Of a DNA stretch of 64,000 bases, positions 30,166 through 39,889 are shown in pieces. The stretch is taken from positions 124,001 through 188,000 of IMG/VR virus record IMGVR_UViG_3300032334_002567, one strand, 5' to 3'. A program made the translations under genes and the position numbers. The notes beneath the pieces are model-generated. The model was not told the DNA's origin and did not search any database. It worked only from the letters and a program-made list of their open reading frames with translations. Numbering within the stretch: position 1 is the first letter of the stretch; the number at the start of each line of letters is the position of its first letter.

Positions 30166-30186
30166 ATAAAATTAATAGGAGGGAAC

Positions 30187-30384
30187 ATGAACAATAATAA
30201 ATTAGTTTACTTATTTGTGGCGTTAACGGTCTTACTTTTAGTTTTTGGCATTGGGACCAAGGTTTTTGTTGATAAAGTAGCCGATAGAGTTATCTACAAG
30301 CTTCAAAAGGACTATTCTCCCTCTCCATATGGCCCCGGAATAGACCCGGACAAAATAGATTTGGATAAAGTTAAGTCTAAATAA
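30187..30384 (+). CDS. small membrane protein
   Basis: N-terminal TM, GGAGG RBS, TAAATA box. Confidence 0.55.
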   Translation: MNNNKLVYLFVALTVLLLVFGIGTKVFVDKVADRVIYKLQKDYSPSPYGPGIDPDKIDLDKVKSK

Positions 30385-30724
30385 CCTTGCACATGGTTAT
30401 TTTAGAGGGATAAATTGAACTATCCTGTGGTAGCCTTTGCATCTTCCAAATCAAAGTTTTACCAATAACAGGCACCCCAGATATCCTCTTAAATTCGTCA
30501 TATGTAAAAAATAGTTTAGATCCATCTTTTAGTTGAATATAGATAGGATTTACTTTATCCATCACCGTCATAATTATTGATTTTCTTTCAACGGACGGTA
30601 ACTCCAAATCAGTCTGAGGCAGAATAAAATCTTTGACCCAATCGAAATTTTCAGGAACATATAAATTGCCGTGTTTTTCAATTGTTTCTTGAAATTCTAT
30701 GTATTTTTTGAACTGATTTTTCAT
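30377..30724 (-). CDS. hypothetical protein with CTS-like N-terminus
   Basis: MKNQFKKYIEFQE; ATAAATA box upstream. Confidence 0.6.
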   Translation of the reverse strand: MKNQFKKYIEFQETIEKHGNLYVPENFDWVKDFILPQTDLELPSVERKSIIMTVMDKVNPIYIQLKDGSKLFFTYDEFKRISGVPVIGKTLIWKMQRLPQDSSIYPSKITMCKVI

Positions 30725-30779
30725 GTTATTACTACTTTAACTTCGTAAGAATATTTATTATCAAGGGTCTTATATTTAA

Positions 30780-31106
30780 ATGAATAATTACAAAATTTTA
30801 TCTTATACAACCATATTTCCAATGATAATTTCTTTTAAAGAGGTTAAAGAAGACCAAGATGTGAACGAGGATACAGAATCAACGCCAGTTAGCACAAGTG
30901 TAAAGGTAGACTACTTTAATAGAAAAGTTCATTTCGATGAGCAGGAAAAATTATCTGAGTTTGGTTTTGACCTAGAGTTACTTGAGAGTAACATTCTTGA
31001 CTCTCTTGTGCCCCAAAATATAGAAAATCCAGAAATACCAAAAGAAATACTTGACAGGATTTCGCAGGTTAAGAGTGGAAATTATGAATCGTTTAGCAAA
31101 ATTTAG
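30780..31106 (+). CDS. hypothetical protein
   Basis: 108-aa ORF. Confidence 0.5.
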   Translation: MNNYKILSYTTIFPMIISFKEVKEDQDVNEDTESTPVSTSVKVDYFNRKVHFDEQEKLSEFGFDLELLESNILDSLVPQNIENPEIPKEILDRISQVKSGNYESFSKI

Positions 31107-31114
31107 GAGGAAAA

Positions 31115-31471
31115 ATGACAGTAGGTAATCCAGAGGGATACAAATTTAAAATTAGTGTGGGCAATGAAGAATCTAAGACCCCCTGTGACTTTAGTAACTT
31201 AACTCTGCATAAATTAATTAAATGGATTGACCAACAATCAGTTTCCAAGCAAGTAAAAGAAGAACTGAAAAAGAGTGCATCTAGATTCCCGCATCAGGCC
31301 CTTCCAAAATGGAGAGCTGGCTACCTAAAACATCTTTCTAAAGCACAAGCTAAAGTTAGAGAAAAAAACGGGAGAATTGTTGACCGTGTTGTAGAAGAGT
31401 TGGGTTCCGATGATGCTTCTTCAAGAGGCATTTCAATTGCGGATGTCGAAATACAGGAGGAATTTGAATGA
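31115..31471 (+). CDS. hypothetical protein
   Basis: AGGAGG RBS. Confidence 0.55.
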   Translation: MTVGNPEGYKFKISVGNEESKTPCDFSNLTLHKLIKWIDQQSVSKQVKEELKKSASRFPHQALPKWRAGYLKHLSKAQAKVREKNGRIVDRVVEELGSDDASSRGISIADVEIQEEFE

Positions 31472-31677
31472 AGATTTTTGCTATTATTTCTGTAGCAAGG
31501 CAGGTAGACGGTGAATATTGCGTAGTTAAGGTAGAAAAAGGCTTTAAAACAGGAACCTTGGCAGAACAATATGCAAAAAGTTTAGTTTCCAAATATGCAG
31601 AAAATATTCAAACTCCAACCGGATTAATTGAGTGCGTTTGTGAAAGAGGAATATTTGAGATTGATATTGACGAGTGA
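31468..31677 (+). CDS. hypothetical protein
   Basis: AGGAGG RBS; ATGA overlap. Confidence 0.55.
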   Translation: MKIFAIISVARQVDGEYCVVKVEKGFKTGTLAEQYAKSLVSKYAENIQTPTGLIECVCERGIFEIDIDE

Positions 31678-31720
31678 CTTTAATAAGTTTATATTTTAAC
31701 GAACCAAAAGGAGAATCATC

Positions 31721-32452
31721 ATGGCCGAAATGCCCCACAACCCTTTAGAAGGCGAAAGACCAGAGCTAAGCGTAAAGTTGCATGACACAACTGATGAACA
31801 TTTGTCAATTGTTGTAGTGCATAAAGACAGACCAGAATATCTGAATATTTGTCTTCAGTCTATTGCTGTGACATCTTTTAACAACAACTATGAAATTATA
31901 GTCGTAGATAATAACAGCGGCAAAGAATCACAAGACTTCTTGAGCGAGATAGAAGGTGAAGTAAAAGTTGTAAGAAGCGATAAAAATTTGTACTGGGCCG
32001 CTGCTTGCAACAAAGGAGCAGCAGCAGCAGATAAAAATTCAAAATACATAGTTTTTTTGCATTGCGATGTTGTTGTTCTGAATCCAGCTTGGATAGATTT
32101 ATTGATAAATGTTTCCGAGGGTCAACAATCTGGCATGGTGGGTGTAGAAAGTCAATCTTATATGGTTGGCACACAAAGAATGGAATTTTTACAAGACTAC
32201 ACTTTGCTCTTTACTAGAGAAGCTTGGAGCAACATCGGACCATGGCCAGAAGAATTACCTCAAATTGGTGGCTCTTTCATATTAACAGTAAGGGCACAGT
32301 CTGCAGGCTATAAGCCTCAGATTATGAAGAATCCAATAGTTCACCACTACAAGGTGTTCAGTTTGGAGACAAGTGAATTTGAAAGAATGACTGAACAAGC
32401 TATGGTAACAATTCCAAAGTTAATGACAGACTTACAGTCTAGGCCTGTTTAA
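31721..32452 (+). CDS. glycosyltransferase family 2
   Basis: LSIVVV, YEIIVVDNNS, N.GA, FLHCD. Confidence 0.8.
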   Translation: MAEMPHNPLEGERPELSVKLHDTTDEHLSIVVVHKDRPEYLNICLQSIAVTSFNNNYEIIVVDNNSGKESQDFLSEIEGEVKVVRSDKNLYWAAACNKGAAAADKNSKYIVFLHCDVVVLNPAWIDLLINVSEGQQSGMVGVESQSYMVGTQRMEFLQDYTLLFTREAWSNIGPWPEELPQIGGSFILTVRAQSAGYKPQIMKNPIVHHYKVFSLETSEFERMTEQAMVTIPKLMTDLQSRPV

Positions 32453-32466
32453 TTGGAGAAAAAACA

Positions 32467-32832
32467 ATGCCATATATTAGCAAAGAAAACAGGCAAGAGC
32501 TGGATGAGGCAATAGAGTCTCTTCGTTGGGCAATTGTTAGACTGATTGCCCCAAAAGATCGTGACTATAAGATTTTTGACATATCTTCTCATAATCTTCT
32601 AGACTCTGCTGGTAATTTAAACTATGTGATAACAAGACTCTGCGCAGGTCTAATTTGTGAACCTAGTTATTCTAAGATAGCAATTATAACTGGTGTGCTT
32701 GAAAACGTTAAACAAGAGCTTTATAGGCGTGGTGCTTCTGAGTACGAGGATCTCAAGTCTAAGGAAAATGGCGACATACCAGAGTACGTTTATATGTCCA
32801 AACTTATAAAAAATTCCTCTAATTCAATTTAA
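32467..32832 (+). CDS. conserved phage protein (DUF6899-like)
   Basis: MPYI..R, G.LNY, G.LE..K.E.YRR...YED.K...NGD. Confidence 0.6.
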   Translation: MPYISKENRQELDEAIESLRWAIVRLIAPKDRDYKIFDISSHNLLDSAGNLNYVITRLCAGLICEPSYSKIAIITGVLENVKQELYRRGASEYEDLKSKENGDIPEYVYMSKLIKNSSNSI

Positions 32833-33267
32833 TTTCTTTATAAAGTTCATCCATGCTTCATGATCGTGGATTCTAGGACAATGGTCTCCAGAGTAGTAGC
32901 AAGCATACGCCATGCAAAAAAGTTCTTCAGGTGGTTGATCTTGTTTTTTTTCTTCTGTGGAATCTAGCACTTTTTTCCATGATTTTCTCATGTTTTCATC
33001 GATAAGATGCTCCCACACTAAGTGTGCTATTTCATGTAATGTTGTGAATTTTCTAGAATAGTTCCAAGGTGCGGCTACTACTATTTTGTCTTTATGTATA
33101 TAACCGATATGTTGTTCATCACCTTTTAAAGTATTGTTTGGCGTATAAGTAAACTTGTACTTATGCAACATCCTTTTGTGATTTTTTGGAAGATTTGCTA
33201 TAAGAACTTTTACGTTCCTCTCTTCCTCAGATTCGGTCTCTTCTAAAAATTTTTTAAAACTTTCCAT
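32824..33267 (-). CDS. HEXXH zincin-like metallopeptidase with CTS-like N-terminus
   Basis: LHEIAH and PEELFC; starts MESFKKFLEE; exact TATAAATA 4 nt upstream. Confidence 0.65.
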   Translation of the reverse strand: MESFKKFLEETESEEERNVKVLIANLPKNHKRMLHKYKFTYTPNNTLKGDEQHIGYIHKDKIVVAAPWNYSRKFTTLHEIAHLVWEHLIDENMRKSWKKVLDSTEEKKQDQPPEELFCMAYACYYSGDHCPRIHDHEAWMNFIKKLN

Positions 33268-33324
33268 TCTTTATTTATATTTGCTACAATGAAAATTTAA
33301 AATAATTTAGCTATTATAATTTGT

Positions 33325-33540
33325 TCACGGCCCTAAAGGGAGGCTTCGAAGGCCTTAATTTCGATAGCTGATTGCTTCGGCTATAAAACCTTTGCAACGA
33401 ATTAATCCTACGACAAAGGAATGGAAATCTATGGTTCCACCAGTTCATAGACGCTGTTGTGCTGCGCAAGCATAAAAAAGTGACGAAATCTCTTTAAAAA
33501 AACGGAAAGCCCAAAAGAGCAGACAATCTTTTAACCGTGA
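33325..33540 (+). ncRNA. putative structured ncRNA (unassigned)
   Basis: 444-nt intergenic gap; TATAAT at 33315; closing stem TCACGG/CCGTGA with nested stems and several hairpins; terminator downstream. Confidence 0.6.
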
Positions 33541-33627
33541 TTCAAAAAAGGATAATTTCGTAAGTTTCATGATTTATCTTGAAACTTAGTTTTTAAAAAA
33601 GCCAAGTTTGCGAATCTACTTCTTTTT

Positions 33628-33660
33628 AAAGACCCAATATCTAATATTGGGTCTTTTTTT
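33628..33660 (+). terminator. rho-independent terminator
   Basis: AAAGACCCAATAT-CTA-ATATTGGGTCTTT followed by a T run. Confidence 0.85.
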
Positions 33661-33710
33661 GTTCCTTTTCTGTGTAAATATAGATAGGCTCTCAATAAAG
33701 GACAAAATGT

Positions 33711-34586
33711 ATGAATTTCAAAGACTGGATTTTACTAGAAGACAGCAAGTCTTTAGCTAAAGCTTACGTAGATTTATTGAAAGATGTCCCGCAGGATCCA
33801 ACCCATCATCCAGAGGGCAACGCTTTAGTACACATACAATTGGTAAGAAAAGCAGTGCCCAAAGCAATTGCTACGTTAAAAGTTCTAAAAAATAGAGAGC
33901 CATTCACACATATTCTTTCCGATATAAGTTTTGATGTCACACCTTTAGAGAAACAAATTCTTTATTTGGCTGCTTGGCTTCATGACATAGGTAAATCAAC
34001 TGCTACTACAGTTGGAGGCATTAATTTTAATTATCTCCGTCAAATGGATGTTATGTACCAAATGGATAGTGGGAAAATAAAATCAATTGGGCATGATGAG
34101 CCAAGGCACTATATGCCACAAATTAATAGGTTGAAGGACTTAGCGCCTGAATCAACCAAAGACCTATACATTAAGAATAAGGATCTTATAAATTTTTTAA
34201 TTGACCACCATATGGATTTGATGAATTCTGATGGTTTTTCTAATGCATTCGTTAAAGAACATTTTGTTGATGGCAAGGTAATTAATAGTCAAAAAATTAA
34301 ATTGTTATTGATCCTAATGTGGTCTGACAAGATGGGAAGAACTGAGGAGACAATACCGAAATCAATTAGAAACAATGAAGAAAGATTGGTTGCGTCATCA
34401 AATAGGTCTGTTGAACAAAGAAAAAAAGCCGAACTCGAACAGCAGAAGGCCAAGGCAAAAGATTTCAGCTCACCAGAACAAATGATCGATATGTTAACAA
34501 GAAGAGGCTTAACGCCACAGCAAATACAAATTGCTGTTCAGAATAAATTTCCAGGTTATCAACAAATTACTAAAGGAACAGAATGA
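33711..34586 (+). CDS. HD-domain phosphohydrolase (CCA-enzyme HD-like) with CTS-like N-terminus
   Basis: QDPTHHPEG...H, AAWLHDIGK, GHD, HH and SD motifs; starts MNFKDWILLE. Confidence 0.8.
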   Translation: MNFKDWILLEDSKSLAKAYVDLLKDVPQDPTHHPEGNALVHIQLVRKAVPKAIATLKVLKNREPFTHILSDISFDVTPLEKQILYLAAWLHDIGKSTATTVGGINFNYLRQMDVMYQMDSGKIKSIGHDEPRHYMPQINRLKDLAPESTKDLYIKNKDLINFLIDHHMDLMNSDGFSNAFVKEHFVDGKVINSQKIKLLLILMWSDKMGRTEETIPKSIRNNEERLVASSNRSVEQRKKAELEQQKAKAKDFSSPEQMIDMLTRRGLTPQQIQIAVQNKFPGYQQITKGTE

Positions 34587-35287
34587 GAAAAAAGCAAAGA
34601 CACAATAGATCTAAACAAAGAACTGAGGTTAAGCAAGAGCAGCCTCTAAAAAAGCAGCCACAGACTTTCCATTTTGAATTTTTTAACCAAGCACAAAAAC
34701 TTGCTTGGAGTATGTTTGATCAATACGATGTACTTTTTTTATTGGGCCCAGCTGGGGTTGGCAAGACTCAACTGGCCTGTGCATTCAGTATAAGTGAGGT
34801 TCTTGCTAAGAAAAAAGAAAGAATAATTTTGACTAGGCCGATAGTAGAAGCAGGGGAATCTTTGGGTTATCTTCCTGGTTCTTTTGAGGAAAAAGTAAGT
34901 CCTTACATGATGCCTATGTACGACTGTATAGACAGGTGTTTGGGAAAAGATGGTCCACAAAGAGAAATTATAAATAAATCAATTGAAGTTGCACCACTGG
35001 CTTACCTCAGAGGAAGAACTTTTCACAATTCTATTTGTATATTTGATGAGGCGCAAAATGCAACTTTATCACAAATTAAACTCTTTATAACCAGATTTGG
35101 CAAGAACAGTAAGGTAATTATTACTGGGGATCCCAACCAAAGTGATATTCCTGAGAGGCAACAAGGATTAATGCATGTGGTCAAAAAGCTAGAGACTTTA
35201 AATGGAGTTGGAGTCGTTTACTTTAAATCTAGTTCAATAGTTAGACATCCTTTAATAGCTTCTATTTTGGAAAAGCTAGAAGGGTAA
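34583..35287 (+). CDS. phoH: PhoH-family ATPase
   Basis: GPAGVGKT, LGYLPG, LAYLRGRTF, DEAQN, GDPNQSD, VRHPL. Confidence 0.95.
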   Translation: MRKKQRHNRSKQRTEVKQEQPLKKQPQTFHFEFFNQAQKLAWSMFDQYDVLFLLGPAGVGKTQLACAFSISEVLAKKKERIILTRPIVEAGESLGYLPGSFEEKVSPYMMPMYDCIDRCLGKDGPQREIINKSIEVAPLAYLRGRTFHNSICIFDEAQNATLSQIKLFITRFGKNSKVIITGDPNQSDIPERQQGLMHVVKKLETLNGVGVVYFKSSSIVRHPLIASILEKLEG

Positions 35288-35288
35288 A

Positions 35289-37088
35289 ATGTCTAGTAGT
35301 CTTGTAACAGAATTAGATGATTTGATATTATTTGACTCGCCTTCAGTTAGCGGTCAAATAATATTGAATGAACCTGTCTACTTACAAGACCCAATTACAT
35401 TAGAAACAACGGAGTTTCTTCTCACAGAAACAGGCGAAATAATTGCTGGAGTAGAAGATAACATTCTGCTCACTGCTACAAGTAGTTCTGAAGCTTTTGG
35501 CAATCTTGTAGTGCAATCCAATACAGCTCTTGTTTACTTAGAAGGAGTGCCTTCTCAACAAAGTTTTGGATCACAAAAACTCAAAACAAGTGTTTCTTTA
35601 AGCGGCATAGAATCTGGAGAAGCTCTTGGAGATGTTGTAGTTAATTACATATCTTTTGAGCAAGATATTTTATGGAATGTTTCTGCAAATGTTCTGATAT
35701 CATCAAACTTTAATTGGAATGTTGGTCAAGGAGTTCTGAGATGGTATAGAGTACAAGGTTGTTGCAAGTGGCCAACCGCAATTGGATCAGGCTCTTTGTC
35801 TGAGCCTTTTCCTGGTGGTTGTGATATTATAGGTCTTCAGACAGATGACCAAAAATGTGTAGGAGGACTGGGAAAGCAGCAATTTATACAAAACATACTT
35901 GCAAGAAGCCTTAGTGAAGTTTGTGTGATCTTAAAAGAAAGCGGAATGAAGTGGCAAATTTGTAGTATTAAGGTCTTTAGCAAGCCCGCAGATCCAACAC
36001 TCGTCACCGATGAATGCAATACGCTCACATCGGTGCCTTTTGCAGACTTGCCAGAATGTATTGAGATTGCTCTTAAGGATGACTTATTGGTTAAAACCAA
36101 AATGGGCGTTTCAATATATGAATCCACGGCAGGTCAAATTTATCAATACGTTGGTGGTTTAGATGAACTTGGAGAACTACAGGTTTCTGACACTGTTGGT
36201 GGTGAAGCTGTAATAAATACAGATTTTGAAATACCAAGTAAGGCAGAATATCACTATATTGCTATTTCAAACATGGAGTTTGGACTAGCAGGACTAAACG
36301 CACAAGAATATATTGAAGATCAAATTATATCAGCATCTATAAGATCTGTAAATACAACAGGTGGATCTGCTGCGGTGACTTCTGATTGGTCTAGAGATTT
36401 GTCGGTATCTATGTATTCAAAGGTCACAGTCGAAAAATTAGATGCCATACTATCTTCTAAATCACTTCCTGAGCTTGTGCCTGTCACACCCACAGTTAGA
36501 ACATTCTGTGGTTCTTGCACGGCTATGCCTTCAATACTTTATACTTATCACAACTTGTCCGATATAGGTGTTTTATCTACCTTCTTAGTTGGAAATAAGC
36601 TAACTCTGCCTACTTATTTGACAATGCACTATAGTAAGAACTTATCCTCATGGTCCGCTAATCAGCATTTAGTGGGTCTTGGAATGGTCAATAAAGAAAG
36701 ATGGAACATCGTTTTAACTTGGTCTTGCACAAATAAGGAAGCTGACTTCGTTACAAATCCATTTTGGAAATTTGCCTTGCTCTTATCGAAGACTGATCTT
36801 GTTACCGGGGTGACTTTGGATTCAAGAATTTGTATCACTTTTTCTTCTTCTATATTATGTGAAAAAATTAATAATATGAGTATAGATTTTCCATTCACTT
36901 TAAACACAGTTACCAAGAATGTATTTGATAAATTTAAGAGTGTTTCTAGTGAGATAATTCTATATGATGAAATTGGTTTATTTAAACCTTCTAAATGGCG
37001 AGCAAAGCCAAGTCTTAAGTTTAGGCTCTCTAAAAATTCAAATCTAACTGCTACCAATAGAAAAGATATTTCTTCTATTTTTGGATAG
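35289..37088 (+). CDS. large hypothetical, probably virion structural protein
   Basis: 599 aa, S/T/V-rich with repeated S.E.FG units. Confidence 0.5.
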   Translation: MSSSLVTELDDLILFDSPSVSGQIILNEPVYLQDPITLETTEFLLTETGEIIAGVEDNILLTATSSSEAFGNLVVQSNTALVYLEGVPSQQSFGSQKLKTSVSLSGIESGEALGDVVVNYISFEQDILWNVSANVLISSNFNWNVGQGVLRWYRVQGCCKWPTAIGSGSLSEPFPGGCDIIGLQTDDQKCVGGLGKQQFIQNILARSLSEVCVILKESGMKWQICSIKVFSKPADPTLVTDECNTLTSVPFADLPECIEIALKDDLLVKTKMGVSIYESTAGQIYQYVGGLDELGELQVSDTVGGEAVINTDFEIPSKAEYHYIAISNMEFGLAGLNAQEYIEDQIISASIRSVNTTGGSAAVTSDWSRDLSVSMYSKVTVEKLDAILSSKSLPELVPVTPTVRTFCGSCTAMPSILYTYHNLSDIGVLSTFLVGNKLTLPTYLTMHYSKNLSSWSANQHLVGLGMVNKERWNIVLTWSCTNKEADFVTNPFWKFALLLSKTDLVTGVTLDSRICITFSSSILCEKINNMSIDFPFTLNTVTKNVFDKFKSVSSEIILYDEIGLFKPSKWRAKPSLKFRLSKNSNLTATNRKDISSIFG

Positions 37089-37117
37089 TTTTTAATAGTT
37101 CTTTTCTATAATAGAAT

Positions 37118-37402
37118 ATGGAAACCCAGCTTGATAAAAACATGAATATTATTTACATTTTATTTGCTTCAAATTTAGTTTTAATTATAATTAATCTAGT
37201 TCTTACTTTTTACATGGGCGCATTTTTAGTTAGATTCCGAAGGGATTTAACTGAATTAATCTCTAGTTTATTAGAAATCAACATAGAACCTCCAGATCAG
37301 AAACAACCAGTTGAAGAATACCCTAAAACTTGGGATCAGAAGTACGAAGAAGAAATACAAGAAGCGTCTCGTCGGTTGGCACAGCAACAAGGCGATTTTT
37401 AA
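37118..37402 (+). CDS. membrane protein
   Basis: Long hydrophobic helix; TATAAT 5 nt upstream of ATG. Confidence 0.55.
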   Translation: METQLDKNMNIIYILFASNLVLIIINLVLTFYMGAFLVRFRRDLTELISSLLEINIEPPDQKQPVEEYPKTWDQKYEEEIQEASRRLAQQQGDF

Positions 37403-38346
37403 TGAATGAAAAAGTTAATGTAGCTTACAAAAAATTTGATATTGAAAGAAATTTTGGCGTAGAGTTAGAAATGGGTAGTTTTATTCCCAAGAATAAAATA
37501 AAAAATTTGATTAAGGTAGCTTCAAAAGTTCCCGTTGAGGTTACAAAATATCAATTAAGCTCAAACAATAATTTTTGGCATGTCAAAGATGATGCTACTT
37601 GCGGCATTCTAGGTAGGAGAGGTCCCAAGGGAGTAGAGGTTGCATCTTATGTTGCCCAAGGTAGCAAGGACATCAATCACATAGCAGGTATAGCTAGTTT
37701 TTTATACGATGCTGGATGTAGGTCAAATCAAAATTGTGGCACACACATTCATGCTGATGTTAAAGATCTAGATATAAAAGCCATTGGCACAATATTATCT
37801 TATTGGCTTAAGATTGAGACTTGGATAGAAAATTCACTACCCAGCTCCAGAATAAATAATAAATACTGTAGAAGATTGTCAGGCACTATAGGCCTTGATC
37901 GTGATAAAAAAAGAAAACCAGAAGATGTTTTTTCTTTTCTTGCACCATCCAATTTGAATGTTTATGAGAACGAAGAGAGAAGGGTCTCTTTGAATTTAGT
38001 AAATTATATGCGTTCTATAGTCGGCATTGCAAAAAGAAAAACTATAGAACTTAGATATCCTGAAGGCACACTAGATTCAAGGGACATAAAATCATGGATC
38101 TATTTATTTTTAACTTTTATAGAAAACTGTAAAGATAAAGATATTCCTGACAATTTATTGGATTGTGAGTCAATTGATGAGGTTCTTTGTTTTTTAGGCT
38201 TAGGCCATACCCCAGAAACTTTTTTTATTTTTTCAAGTGATTTACATGATACAAGAATTTGGTTCTTACAGAGATTAATCAGATATGGAGGTAAAAAACA
38301 CAAGGAACAAGCAGAAAAAAAGCTTGAATTTTTAACAAAAAATTAG
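37402..38346 (+). CDS. putative amidoligase (amidoligase_2 / COOH-NH2 ligase-like)
   Basis: FGVELE, W..KDDAT, EVAS, CGTHIH, TIELR..EGT. Confidence 0.8.
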   Translation: MNEKVNVAYKKFDIERNFGVELEMGSFIPKNKIKNLIKVASKVPVEVTKYQLSSNNNFWHVKDDATCGILGRRGPKGVEVASYVAQGSKDINHIAGIASFLYDAGCRSNQNCGTHIHADVKDLDIKAIGTILSYWLKIETWIENSLPSSRINNKYCRRLSGTIGLDRDKKRKPEDVFSFLAPSNLNVYENEERRVSLNLVNYMRSIVGIAKRKTIELRYPEGTLDSRDIKSWIYLFLTFIENCKDKDIPDNLLDCESIDEVLCFLGLGHTPETFFIFSSDLHDTRIWFLQRLIRYGGKKHKEQAEKKLEFLTKN

Positions 38347-38411
38347 AGTTTAAAACGATAAATACATTAACTAAATTTTAACTATTTAACTAACTATAAG
38401 GAATTTTAACT

Positions 38412-38702
38412 ATGACTGAAGAACTTAAAAAACAACTAATTTTATCTAATCTAGAATTTGCAAATAGAGTAGCATTGAGTAAAAAGAGATTTTTATCGCA
38501 TATACATTATGAGGATCTTCAATCCGCTGCTTATTTTGGATTAGTGCAAGCAGCAAATAAATATGACTTTAAAAAAAATGACTGTTTTCAGGCGTTCGCA
38601 TTCTGTAGAATAAAGGGTGCAGTGCAAGATTACTTACGAGAAATCAATTGGGGCTCTAGAAGAAATCCTATACACATGGAAAGCTTGCAAAACTTAATTT
38701 GA
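38412..38702 (+). CDS. short sigma factor containing only region 2 (FliA/WhiG-like)
   Basis: EDLQSAAYFGLVQAANKYD...F..FA..RIKGAVQDYLRE..W; stops at 96 aa with no region 4. Confidence 0.8.
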   Translation: MTEELKKQLILSNLEFANRVALSKKRFLSHIHYEDLQSAAYFGLVQAANKYDFKKNDCFQAFAFCRIKGAVQDYLREINWGSRRNPIHMESLQNLI

Positions 38703-38709
38703 GGATATT

Positions 38710-39624
38710 ATGTTCAAAATTACATTTTTAATATTTTGTTTTATTGTCAGTTCTTCTTTTTTATTTGCTGACGATTTGATATTTCCAGCAGATGTTCCTG
38801 TAACGACTGCGGAAACTTCTGATCCTGAATTACGTTCTTTAGAGTGGAATAGATACGTCAATAAAAACTTTGTAATTTTGAGCATAGATGACTCTCAAGG
38901 CCTCTGGCTTTGTAAAAATGTACCAAATTTGAATGAATGGTGCGTTTCAAGATGGGGATTCACACCAAAAAAATTATCAAAAGAATGCAGGATATTTTGT
39001 GTCCCAAACAATTCTCTTCTTAAAAAGTTATTTGGTTTAGATTCGCCAAAGGTAGAAATAAGAAAAGACAAAGATGGCAAGACGGAGATAATGGCCATGT
39101 GGTTTGTTTTAGATGAAACACGAACCACTCCTTTTTTGCCGCAGTCTCTTACGAGGGTGGGTTTTTCTGATTTTTCAGAGCAGAGTAGCTATGTCATACC
39201 TTTCTGGTTTTTAAGATCAGCGGAACTTATAAATTCTTCCTCTAAAAGCAGTTTTAAAAATGCAGCAGAAGTTTTTGAAAAGAATGAATATAAAAATGTT
39301 TCGCTTCTTAGTTGCAAAGAATTACTTAGCACCGATATTAAAGGGTATCAAGCTATGCCGAGCAGCAAGAAAGATTGTTTTGATTCACAATCTATTGTTC
39401 TTTGCATGATGCTGAGAAAAGAATTTGGTGAATCTAAACTTCACTATTTTTTAAGTCTTTTGCAAAGTAAAGATCTCTCTTTAGCTCTAAAGGATTCTTA
39501 TGGCTATGAAAATTTAGAAGATTTTGAAAAAAAGTACTTAATGTATTATAGAGATTTTTCAAAAGACTTATTTCAAGATAAAGTTCCCAATTCATATTTC
39601 GAAGTTAAAAGTGTCAAGAATTAA
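38710..39624 (+). CDS. secreted hypothetical protein
   Basis: Signal-peptide-like N-terminus ending LFA-DD. Confidence 0.55.
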   Translation: MFKITFLIFCFIVSSSFLFADDLIFPADVPVTTAETSDPELRSLEWNRYVNKNFVILSIDDSQGLWLCKNVPNLNEWCVSRWGFTPKKLSKECRIFCVPNNSLLKKLFGLDSPKVEIRKDKDGKTEIMAMWFVLDETRTTPFLPQSLTRVGFSDFSEQSSYVIPFWFLRSAELINSSSKSSFKNAAEVFEKNEYKNVSLLSCKELLSTDIKGYQAMPSSKKDCFDSQSIVLCMMLRKEFGESKLHYFLSLLQSKDLSLALKDSYGYENLEDFEKKYLMYYRDFSKDLFQDKVPNSYFEVKSVKN

Positions 39625-39635
39625 AAGGAGATTTT

Positions 39636-39887
39636 ATGTTTCACTTATTGGGTTGGATAATATTTGGTTTAATAGTTGGTTTAGTAGCAAAATACACACA
39701 TCCCGGCGAAGAATCACTTGGTTTTGCATCGACGCTCTTAGTTGGCATTGCTGGTTCTTTTTTAGGTGGATTTATAAACTATTTATTGTCGAGTGGAGAT
39801 GTCGTAAGACCGGCTGGTTTTTTGATGTCAATTATTGGTGGGGTGATTTTTTGTGCCCTATGGCGTTATTATAAATTACATAACTAA
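39636..39887 (+). CDS. GlsB/YeaQ/YmgE (transglycosylase-associated) membrane protein
   Basis: WIIFGLIVGLVAK...PG...GIAGSFLGG...SIIGGVI. Confidence 0.85.
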   Translation: MFHLLGWIIFGLIVGLVAKYTHPGEESLGFASTLLVGIAGSFLGGFINYLLSSGDVVRPAGFLMSIIGGVIFCALWRYYKLHN

Positions 39888-39889
39888 AA

